Virus record (IMG/VR): IMGVR_UViG_3300020175_001501
Coordinates: 1-32,115 of that record
Origin: a virus
Taxonomy: Duplodnaviria > Caudoviricetes
Length of the DNA: 32,115 bases
Reading direction: 5' to 3' (one strand)
Positions 25,436-32,115 of the stretch are shown in pieces; within the stretch, counting starts at the first letter, position 1; every line of letters starts with the position of its first letter. Position numbers and translations under genes: made by a program. The notes beneath the pieces are model-generated. The model was not told where the DNA came from, ran no database searches, and saw only the letters and a list, made by a program, of their open reading frames with translations.

Positions 25436-25636
25436 TTATACTAATTCTTCTATTATTCCTATTACTTCACTTAATATAAGTAAAGCTGTTGCAGTAACCA
25501 AACTAAAAGGGATAAAGAAATACCCTATTATTCGAACACCAGATTTAAAAAAACTTATTTGTTGATGTAATTTTGGATCTGGTAGTTTATCTATTTTTGA
25601 TTCTGTTATATAATCTTCTCCTTTATAATTTTTCAT
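25436..25636 (-). CDS. small membrane protein
   Basis: Hydrophobic C-terminal half. Confidence 0.7.
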   Translation of the reverse strand: MKNYKGEDYITESKIDKLPDPKLHQQISFFKSGVRIIGYFFIPFSLVTATALLILSEVIGIIEELV

Positions 25637-25640
25637 AATT

Positions 25641-26465
25641 TTATTTTTCCCATTTTTCTAATAAAGTTATTACGTTCTCTCTTGCTACTTCCCAAGTAAC
25701 TGGTCCTGTTTCATCTGCATAATCTATAGGATCAGGTCTTCCTAATTTTATAAATGCTTCAATACGTTCTACTGATGAAGCTGATTTATAATCTGAATAC
25801 CATTTCCAAGCATTTGTTTCTGGTCTGTGGTAATGTTTAATTGGTTTATATGATGTGTGTGTTCTTTTATATACTTCATCAAATTCAATATCTAAAACAC
25901 CACATAAATATTCTCCATCTTGTAAAATACCAAATTTATCAGTATCTAAATAAGGGGTAAAATATCCTACTCTTTCATGATCCCAATTTCCTTCTCTAAA
26001 TGCTTTATCATCTGCATCTCTAAATTCTTGTCTACAATCAGGATAAACAGCATGATCACCTGCGTGAATACCCAGGGCAATATTACAATTTTCTTCTGTT
26101 TTATTTGCTATAGATAAAGCTACTGCTTGTGTAATAGAAGCAAATATTTTATTTCTATTAGGTACAACTGTTTCTTTCATATTATCTTGTTCATAATGTC
26201 CTTCAGGTACATCATCTCCACCTTCAACTAGAGCTGAATCTAGTAAACCTACTAACCCGTCTAATTTAATTTGTTTATAATTTACTTTATGACCTTTATC
26301 TGATAGGAAATTAATTAGAGATTGAGCTTTTTCTAATTCTACTTTGTGTTTTTGACCATAGTCAAATGAAATACCTGTTACAGTATCATATTCACTGATA
26401 GCTCTTAACAATAGGGTGCTACTATCCATTCCACCACTTAACGAAACTACTACATGTTTTGCCAT
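25641..26465 (-). CDS. queC: 7-cyano-7-deazaguanine synthase
   Basis: SGGMDS PP-loop, FDYGQKH, VPNRN, YPDCR. Confidence 0.93.
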   Translation of the reverse strand: MAKHVVVSLSGGMDSSTLLLRAISEYDTVTGISFDYGQKHKVELEKAQSLINFLSDKGHKVNYKQIKLDGLVGLLDSALVEGGDDVPEGHYEQDNMKETVVPNRNKIFASITQAVALSIANKTEENCNIALGIHAGDHAVYPDCRQEFRDADDKAFREGNWDHERVGYFTPYLDTDKFGILQDGEYLCGVLDIEFDEVYKRTHTSYKPIKHYHRPETNAWKWYSDYKSASSVERIEAFIKLGRPDPIDYADETGPVTWEVARENVITLLEKWEK

Positions 26466-26467
26466 AT

Positions 26468-26656
26468 TTATTTAAATTTAATTTTTTGCCAGGTATTATG
26501 CGTATAGGCTAACGCTTGTTTAAATTTGCATTTTATATATAATCCAATATACGAAAAAATTGTTGTGATTCCAAACCCTCCTAAAATAAGAGTCCAAATA
26601 TTTGGGTGATAGTGCTCTCCACAAAGCCCTAGTGCATGTCTTATAAATTCTGCCAT
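26468..26656 (-). CDS. small putative membrane protein (62 aa)
   Basis: GLCGEHYHP motif followed by a hydrophobic segment; contains the queC promoter. Confidence 0.65.
   Translation of the reverse strand: MAEFIRHALGLCGEHYHPNIWTLILGGFGITTIFSYIGLYIKCKFKQALAYTHNTWQKIKFK
26544..26575 (-). promoter_or_regulatory. internal promoter upstream of queC
   Basis: TTTG-N20-TATATTGG with TTCG. Confidence 0.7.
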
Positions 26657-26663
26657 ATTATTA

Positions 26664-26861
26664 TTAGTCTTCTTCTACAAATTCTACGTCTCCGTAATCA
26701 TCAATTGGTTTATCTCTTACTAAGTCCCAATCTGCATCATCTATAATTTCTTGTTGGAGATCTTCATCACCTGTTTTCCACTTTGCTACTTCATCTTCTG
26801 TTAAGATATATTCTTCCCATCTGAAGTTTGCGTAATTTACTGTTCTTGTTAGTTTTGCCAT
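26664..26861 (-). CDS. small acidic hypothetical protein
   Basis: 65 aa, strongly D/E-rich. Confidence 0.7.
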   Translation of the reverse strand: MAKLTRTVNYANFRWEEYILTEDEVAKWKTGDEDLQQEIIDDADWDLVRDKPIDDYGDVEFVEED

Positions 26862-26864
26862 AAC

Positions 26865-27056
26865 TTATTTATTAAAAATTTCTTGTACTCTAAAATATTC
26901 ATCTAAAAATTCTCTAGTATATAAAAATACTTCTTGATTATTAAATTCTAATAATCTTTTTTTATAAGGTTGTTTTTTAAGTATAGCATAAGCATTAACT
27001 TTTAATCCTGTGCCATTTTTGTCTGCATGACCTGTGTAATCATAAAGTGATATCAT
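26865..27056 (-). CDS. hypothetical protein (63 aa)
   Basis: ORF coupled (ATGA) to the TGT-like gene. Confidence 0.7.
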   Translation of the reverse strand: MISLYDYTGHADKNGTGLKVNAYAILKKQPYKKRLLEFNNQEVFLYTREFLDEYFRVQEIFNK

Positions 27057-27853
27057 AATTGTTTTTGTTTTAAATTATTAATTATTCTAAATTGTGTTGT
27101 ATTATGTATTATGTCTTCATATTGAATGTCTTCAAATTTAACATCAAAATGATCATTCATATTTGCTTTTGGTTTATTATCTAAGCCATGATCTTTATAT
27201 CTTATACCTTCTAATGCTGCCATTACAGGATTAGAGGTATCAATTGATTCTATTCTTAGATTATTATCATACCATCCAAATTCTTGTGGTATTGAACATC
27301 CTAATAAATGGAATTTAACATCTTTTAAATGTTTTAAATTTAATAATCCCTGTACAAATCTTATTCTACCTAATGCTTTACCCATGTCTTCATTTGAATG
27401 AGGAAAAAACTCATTATACCAGGTAGCACCATAAGAAACACATAATTTTTCATAACCTAAATTTTGTAATAGATTAGCACATAAATATGCTTGATTTTTA
27501 TCTTCACCTTGGATTACTGCTGTAATTTTAGTTTTTTTAGGATATTTAAATTGTTTCCAATATTTGGCTTGAGCTGCTGTTTGACCACATTGCATCCAAA
27601 CATCAGGTACAATAAATTCATCAGGTTTTAATTCATCAATCCAATGTAATAATCTTTGACTATTATATGCTTTTCCTAATTCATGAAGTGAATTGTCCAT
27701 AATAACATATCTACCTTTGTCTCTGGCATCTATAAAATACTGTTTATATTCTTCATCTTGATCTAATAAATGAGGTAAACAATAATCATAATCATTAAAC
27801 TCAGGTGATGCTGTTAGAAGACATCTTGGTACTTCGTGGCTAATTTTAGGCAT
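27053..27853 (-). CDS. divergent TGT-fold transglycosylase (DpdA-like candidate)
   Basis: Ordered motifs IMDNS, PDV, AVIQG, HLLG, SIDTS parallel the TGT/DpdA DSG, D, VQG, H.LG, S.DSS motifs; upstream of the que cluster. Confidence 0.7.
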   Translation of the reverse strand: MPKISHEVPRCLLTASPEFNDYDYCLPHLLDQDEEYKQYFIDARDKGRYVIMDNSLHELGKAYNSQRLLHWIDELKPDEFIVPDVWMQCGQTAAQAKYWKQFKYPKKTKITAVIQGEDKNQAYLCANLLQNLGYEKLCVSYGATWYNEFFPHSNEDMGKALGRIRFVQGLLNLKHLKDVKFHLLGCSIPQEFGWYDNNLRIESIDTSNPVMAALEGIRYKDHGLDNKPKANMNDHFDVKFEDIQYEDIIHNTTQFRIINNLKQKQL

Positions 27854-28331
27854 ATTTTCTATTTATTTTAATTTTTCTTCTGTATTTATCTTCTATAATA
27901 TAATAAAGATCTATTAGTTCTCCACTACATTTTAAACATTCTTCAATAACTTTTTCTTTTGTAATATCAAAATATTTTTCAAAATGTTTGTATAATGATT
28001 CTAATTTACTATTTTCATCTTTTTCAAAATCTTCAAGTAATCTTTTTCTACGAGCTTTTAAAAGTCTTACTTTTTCACTAGTATGGTCAAGTTCGCCTTT
28101 TTGTTCTATTTGTAATTCATCTAACATATGTTCACATAAATATGCTTGTAATTGATAACTTGATAAATCAAAATCACCATTAAGTATTTTATCCCTAAAA
28201 TCAGCTTTATTTGGAAGTGGTTTGTTTTTTTCATCATACCATCTCCACCACATAAATCTATTATAGTTTAATTTTCTATAATTAGATAGTTGTTTTTTTA
28301 TAGTTGATTTAGGTATACTAGGATTAAACAT
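27846..28331 (-). CDS. hypothetical protein (161 aa)
   Basis: ORF in the operon. Confidence 0.75.
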   Translation of the reverse strand: MFNPSIPKSTIKKQLSNYRKLNYNRFMWWRWYDEKNKPLPNKADFRDKILNGDFDLSSYQLQAYLCEHMLDELQIEQKGELDHTSEKVRLLKARRKRLLEDFEKDENSKLESLYKHFEKYFDITKEKVIEECLKCSGELIDLYYIIEDKYRRKIKINRKYA

Positions 28332-28465
28332 TAATAATTACCTGTTATTATTGCTCCAAATAATAATAAACCATATCCAAATGCAAATATTGCAAGTAAA
28401 GCCATAAAATCTACTATAATTGGTAGTGGGTCTTTTTTGAATTCTCTAATAAGTTCTTTGATCAT
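28331..28465 (-). CDS. small membrane protein (44 aa, MIKELIREFKKDPLPIIVDFMALLAIFAFGYGLLLFGAIITGNY)
   Basis: Not in the ORF track; follows promoter 28490..28521; TAATG coupling to the next gene. Confidence 0.7.
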   Translation of the reverse strand: MIKELIREFKKDPLPIIVDFMALLAIFAFGYGLLLFGAIITGNY

Positions 28466-28489
28466 AACCGTTTTTTAATTAATATTACC

Positions 28490-28521
28490 TAAATATACGA
28501 ACTCTATTTTAAGTAGCCAAA
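28490..28521 (-). promoter_or_regulatory. promoter, near-identical to 742..773
   Basis: TTTGGCTACTTAAAATAGAGTTCGTATATTTA versus TTTGGCTACCGTAAATAGAGTTCGTATATTTA. Confidence 0.8.
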
Positions 28522-28722
28522 TTATTTGCGCGAAGTTTTTAACCAATCTAACCAAAATCCTATTGCTACTATTACATTTAGCCCAATAGAAGATGCAATT
28601 TCTAATAAATCATGGAAATCATGTATAGATAAATGAATATGACCTACAACCCAAAAAGGTATAGCTAATTGTTGGCTAATCCAAATTAATAAAAATTTAA
28701 TAAATTTTAGTAGTTTCGTCAT
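28522..28722 (-). CDS. small membrane protein (66 aa)
   Basis: Two hydrophobic segments around a His-rich GHIHLSIH loop. Confidence 0.7.
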   Translation of the reverse strand: MTKLLKFIKFLLIWISQQLAIPFWVVGHIHLSIHDFHDLLEIASSIGLNVIVAIGFWLDWLKTSRK

Positions 28723-29971
28723 TTAAATCATTGTAACCTTCTATTTGAGACGATAAATGTATGTATTCTAATTTTAGATTTTCTAATCTTTTAGGAGAAT
28801 CATCAAAAGTACCTGCTACTCTTGGGTCTTCAAACATATCTATTTGTTCTTTAACATCTATAATTTCTTTTTTTAGTAATTCTAATTTATCTAATTTACC
28901 ATCTTTATTTAAATCATATTGTTCTAAATCTTTTGAATTTACCCAAACTAAATCTTCAGGTAAATCAGCACTATCCATTTCTGCTACTTTTTCATAATGT
29001 TCCCCTGTATTACCATTTTGGCCTATAATGTTTATTCTTTCTTCAGCTTCATCTTCTTTAAAATCTGATATAGGGTATGATTTATTAAATTCCATCCCTT
29101 CAGGAACAGACATTTTTACTTCAACTTCTTCTCCATATAGATTATCTCTATATTTTTTAGAAGGATAAGCTTGTGCAAAAGCAAAATTAGCAGCTACAAC
29201 TAATGAAATTGCTAATGGATCAAATACAAAAATTATAATAAGTAATAGTATATTAATAATTTTATCCATAGGTATACCGGTTAAACCCGATAAATACTGC
29301 AGAGGTCCTAATTCTGCAGCGATTTCATTGTTACTTTCTAGTTCTAATATAGATAATTGATATTTTTGAAGTGAATCTGCTGCTATTGTTCGTTTTTCAT
29401 ATACATTTTTACGATTTTCTTCTTCAGTTTCAATACGTTTTTGTGATAGTCTTAATTCTGTTGTAGAAATAGTTTGTCTAAACCCAGTAGATGATGTTGT
29501 ATCTTTAACCTGGATTGAACTTGCTTTAGCATTTGATAAAATTGATATATTTTTTGATATTCTTTCTAATTCTTTATCAAATCTAATTACATCTTCTTCG
29601 TAAAATGATTTTTTATTTTCTAAAAATTTAATTTCATTTTCAGTCATACTTAATTTACTATAAGTATCTTGATAAGCTGCACTTAAAAACCCATAAATAC
29701 CCATACTAGTAATTAATACTAATACTATAGTTGCTATAGATAAATAAATTCTTAATGTTTTATTAATTGTATCCCAATATTGATATAAAAGTGAAGCTGT
29801 AACTAATTTAGCAAATTCTAATGAACCTGCCATTATAATAACTTGAAATTGTGCTCCAGCAAATAACTTGCTTAATCCATAAACTGAATAGAATGCCGCA
29901 GATGCACTTACTGATAAAGCAGAAAATGCAATGAGAAATGGAAACATTCCTTTTTTAATATTCTTAAACAT
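28697..29971 (-). CDS. multi-pass membrane protein with a long coiled coil (424 aa)
   Basis: Three N-terminal hydrophobic segments, coiled coil, ELGPL..L motif, IFVFDPLA segment; start placed at ATG 29971 downstream of the promoter. Confidence 0.8.
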   Translation of the reverse strand: MFKNIKKGMFPFLIAFSALSVSASAAFYSVYGLSKLFAGAQFQVIIMAGSLEFAKLVTASLLYQYWDTINKTLRIYLSIATIVLVLITSMGIYGFLSAAYQDTYSKLSMTENEIKFLENKKSFYEEDVIRFDKELERISKNISILSNAKASSIQVKDTTSSTGFRQTISTTELRLSQKRIETEEENRKNVYEKRTIAADSLQKYQLSILELESNNEIAAELGPLQYLSGLTGIPMDKIINILLLIIIFVFDPLAISLVVAANFAFAQAYPSKKYRDNLYGEEVEVKMSVPEGMEFNKSYPISDFKEDEAEERINIIGQNGNTGEHYEKVAEMDSADLPEDLVWVNSKDLEQYDLNKDGKLDKLELLKKEIIDVKEQIDMFEDPRVAGTFDDSPKRLENLKLEYIHLSSQIEGYNDLNDETTKIY

Positions 29972-29981
29972 AGTTCTAATT

Positions 29982-30455
29982 TTAGACGGTGTCGTAGTCA
30001 ATATACGAAATTTCTACCTCATCTCCACGCTCTAATGCTTCTGCTATTGAAGGATAGATTCTTTTATAGGCATCATTAGAACCTCCTATAAAACCACTTT
30101 TAGATTTTGTAATATTTTGTTGTTGAGTATCTCCTACTAATAAACAACCATTAGTATGTTCATCTGTATTTCCAGTATGAATTAAAATATATTCAAAACC
30201 TGGTACATCTCTTACCCATAACATTCCTTTATGCATAGAACCATATTTTTTAGTATATCTTGCATCAAATCCACCTATAGTTCTTAATGTAATTTTGTAA
30301 GTACCTGATGGTACTCTAGTTTCTCCCATTACTTTAGTATCTCTATGTTCATCTTCTAAGGTATAACATAAAAATTTTCTATTTGTTGTTACATCAAATA
30401 ATAACCCATTTGTACTATCTTTTTGTGAACTTACTCTTAAAACTTCTAATTTCAT
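29982..30455 (-). CDS. DUF5675-like protein (L,D-transpeptidase-like; candidate endolysin)
   Basis: CYTLE, P.G.Y, ILIH.GN....T.GCLLVG. Confidence 0.75.
   Translation of the reverse strand: MKLEVLRVSSQKDSTNGLLFDVTTNRKFLCYTLEDEHRDTKVMGETRVPSGTYKITLRTIGGFDARYTKKYGSMHKGMLWVRDVPGFEYILIHTGNTDEHTNGCLLVGDTQQQNITKSKSGFIGGSNDAYKRIYPSIAEALERGDEVEISYIDYDTV
29998..30029 (-). promoter_or_regulatory. internal promoter
   Basis: CGTG-N20-TATATTGA with TTCG. Confidence 0.65.
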
Positions 30456-30550
30456 TTTTTCATGTGTTTTGTTAAATTAGGATACATTTCATATAATGCA
30501 TCCGAAATCCATTTATCAATTTTTTTTATTATATTTTTTAATTTTATCAT
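30452..30550 (-). CDS. possible small protein (32 aa, MIKLKNIIKK...)
   Basis: ATG 30550 lies after the terminator; ATGA coupling to the DUF5675-like gene. Confidence 0.45.
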   Translation of the reverse strand: MIKLKNIIKKIDKWISDALYEMYPNLTKHMKK

Positions 30551-30555
30551 AGAAT

Positions 30556-30585
30556 AAAAATTCCCGCACCTTGCGGTACGGGAAT
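30556..30585 (-). terminator. intrinsic terminator
   Basis: Minus strand ATTCCCGTACC-GCAA-GGTGCGGGAAT followed by a T run: 11-bp stem with a GNRA loop. Confidence 0.85.
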
Positions 30586-30602
30586 AAATATTGGGATTTT
30601 CT

Positions 30603-30833
30603 TTATTTTTTAAGAATACCCATAAGAATGAAAGCACCTACTAATCCAAGTAAACCTTCAGCACTTAATGAGCCTAAAAGTCCCATGATGTTTGATACTA
30701 CAGTCATGTTCCCAAAAAATGGGATTCCTGCTCCTCCAAATAGTACTTCTAATACTACACCAAGAGCAATTACTGAAATTCCTATTTCAGTCAGTTTATT
30801 GGCCCAAGAGCCAATCTTTGATAAAATTTCCAT
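30603..30833 (-). CDS. small hydrophobic membrane protein (76 aa)
   Basis: Gly-rich hydrophobic segments; followed by a strong terminator. Confidence 0.8.
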   Translation of the reverse strand: MEILSKIGSWANKLTEIGISVIALGVVLEVLFGGAGIPFFGNMTVVSNIMGLLGSLSAEGLLGLVGAFILMGILKK

Positions 30834-30871
30834 ATAATAAAATTTTAGTTAATAAATACGATAACTAGCAA

Positions 30872-31108
30872 CTATTGGTCTTCGTTCTTTTTTCCGAAGA
30901 TTTTGCCTACCTCAGCGATTCCGAATGAACCGAGGGTTACGATTACAAAAGAATTATAAATGTAATCTTGTATTTGAAGTTCTTTTCCGTAAATACCTGT
31001 TACAATATCTACTACAGCGAATATAATCATTACTATAAATGATATAAATCCTACTACGTTTTTTTCATTAATATTATTGTCGTCTTTAAACAAATTTGCT
31101 AACGCCAT
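30872..31108 (-). CDS. two-TM membrane protein (holin-like topology)
   Basis: Two hydrophobic segments and a charged C-terminus. Confidence 0.7.
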   Translation of the reverse strand: MALANLFKDDNNINEKNVVGFISFIVMIIFAVVDIVTGIYGKELQIQDYIYNSFVIVTLGSFGIAEVGKIFGKKNEDQ

Positions 31109-31164
31109 ATCTTAGTTTTTAAAGTGAGTGAAAACTATTATGGAACCTTTTTGATTATGTATGA

Positions 31165-31174
31165 TTATACATAT
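31165..31174 (-). promoter_or_regulatory. second intergenic motif ATATGTATAA
   Basis: Same 10-mer as 11248 and 17811. Confidence 0.45.
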
Positions 31175-31183
31175 TGAAAATAA

Positions 31184-31513
31184 TTAAAAATCACTAAGGA
31201 TTATTTCATCAATTTCTTCCTGTATTTCTTCTTTAGTAGCAAGCATTTTAAAACTTAAATCAGCTTGCCATCTTTTAAGTTCTTCACCATCTTTTAATAT
31301 AATTATTGTAGGTACTACTACAACTTTATGTTTTTGTTGAAGTTTTGGATTTTCCATTATATCAACATATACTATATCACAGTCTGATAATTCCCCTACC
31401 CATTCTGCTTTATTTGGTTCATTCCACCCCGCATTAAAATGTATTGTTGTTATTTGAGAAAATACATTAGTATTAAATAATAAAACAATTAAAGTTATTA
31501 CTAATTTTTTCAT
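31184..31513 (-). CDS. exported thioredoxin-fold protein lacking CxxC
   Basis: Signal peptide MKKLVITLIVLLFNTNVFS-Q; HFNAGWN in place of F.A.WC; VVVVPT cis-Pro loop. Confidence 0.75.
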   Translation of the reverse strand: MKKLVITLIVLLFNTNVFSQITTIHFNAGWNEPNKAEWVGELSDCDIVYVDIMENPKLQQKHKVVVVPTIIILKDGEELKRWQADLSFKMLATKEEIQEEIDEIILSDF

Positions 31514-31518
31514 AATAA

Positions 31519-31803
31519 TTATCTTAGTTTGTCAATCTTGTCTTCCATCCTAACTAAACGTTCTTTTAATTCATTAACGTCTTCTTGGGTTGACATAATA
31601 GTTTGACGGATTAATTGATCTTTCATATCATATTCCATTCTAGTTACATCTGGGGGTAATGGGTTTGGTAATTCTTTTGCTTCTGCAATATCAGCTTGTA
31701 GTGTAAACCACATACCTACTAAAGTTGCTATTAAAAATGCTATACCTCCTAATGTTTTTACACTTATTTGTACGTTAGTGTCTTCGCTTAATTCTTTTGC
31801 CAT
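31519..31803 (-). CDS. single-TM coiled-coil protein
   Basis: One hydrophobic segment and a C-terminal heptad region. Confidence 0.75.
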   Translation of the reverse strand: MAKELSEDTNVQISVKTLGGIAFLIATLVGMWFTLQADIAEAKELPNPLPPDVTRMEYDMKDQLIRQTIMSTQEDVNELKERLVRMEDKIDKLR

Positions 31804-31806
31804 TTA

Positions 31807-32115
31807 TTAAAATATTACATAGTTTATACCAATAGAAAAATCATGCCATCTTCTATTCCAGTATTTATTATATTTACCTTCTGCAAACACCCCTAAATGT
31901 TTGTCAAATTTATACCCAAATATTAATCCCCCATTATAATCAAGCCACTGTCCACCCTGGTATTTATGGTAAGAATATGGTTGGTCAGTGTCAATATGAT
32001 AAGGCATTATATTACCCCATGAATGTATCCAAAATTCTTTTTCATAGTGGTAATAATCAAATCCTGCTACAAAAGAATATTCTAATTTCATTCCTAATTC
32101 ATTTCTTTTTTTTTC
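31807..32115 (-). CDS. C-terminal part of an outer-membrane beta-barrel-like protein (5'-truncated by the window edge)
   Basis: Frame is open to the window end; alternating aromatic strands (GLIFGYKF, LGVFAEGKY, FSIGINYVIF) and a terminal Phe. Confidence 0.65.
   Translation of the reverse strand, partial: EKKRNELGMKLEYSFVAGFDYYHYEKEFWIHSWGNIMPYHIDTDQPYSYHKYQGGQWLDYNGGLIFGYKFDKHLGVFAEGKYNKYWNRRWHDFSIGINYVIF

Noticed and set aside
16926-30637. Longer starts given by the track for groES (16955), ORF 17256, ORF 30001 and ORF 30637
   Set aside because: They overlap upstream genes, promoters or a terminator; the downstream ATGs at 16925, 17226, 29971 and 30550 fit better
10997-30837. Plus-strand ORFs in the track (10997, 11651, 16371, 17220, 19803, 22430, 23017, 23285, 23829, 24179, 24748, 28761, 30571)
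   Set aside because: All are antisense to well-supported minus-strand genes, lack recognisable motifs, and I found no plus-strand copy of the promoter motif
30872-30960. C-ending codon patch in the two-TM gene as another overprinting signal
   Set aside because: The +1 frame contains stops (GTA ATC, GTA ACC, GTA GGC); more consistent with high-expression codon use
1-32115. Stop-codon reassignment as in some large phages
   Set aside because: Conserved genes are full length under the standard code, and TAA, TAG and TGA all terminate ORFs at sensible positions
1-32115. Cellular chromosome origin (groEL, que genes, glycosyltransferases)
   Set aside because: T4-like PolB, clamp and clamp loader, single-strand dense gene packing, many small unknown ORFs and no ribosomal or core housekeeping context favour a large phage; no capsid gene is in this window to prove it

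Overview
AT-rich, densely packed window in which essentially every gene lies on the minus strand. It reads as a segment of a large lytic dsDNA tailed phage, most likely infecting Bacteroidota/Flavobacteriia, because it carries 12 copies of a Bacteroidetes-type -33/-7 promoter. In transcription order (right to left) it holds six blocks. (1) An envelope/lysis-like block: partial beta-barrel-like protein, small membrane proteins, a DUF5675-like protein and a coiled-coil membrane protein. (2) A 7-deazaguanine block: divergent TGT/DpdA-like transglycosylase, queC, thioredoxin, queD, queE, folE. (3) Directly following, a purine phosphoribosyltransferase, a MazG-like NTP pyrophosphohydrolase, a family B DNA polymerase split into two genes, and the sliding clamp. 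(4) A chaperone block (sHSP, GroES, GroEL) with an Hc1-like histone-like protein. (5) Clamp loader subunits, DUF1599 and a Cas4-like nuclease. (6) A ~10 kb glycosylation island, then single-gene cassettes with near-identical promoters. Three observations stand out. The first is a possible pre-replicative 7-deazaguanine substitution system. The second is a hidden layer of same-strand +1-frame overprinted ORFs inside conserved enzyme genes, with codon choices that keep the second frame open. The third is a set of structured leaders ahead of queC, folE and the sHSP. No tRNA, rRNA, CRISPR array or transposase was recognised. All family assignments come from motif recognition by eye, not from database searches.
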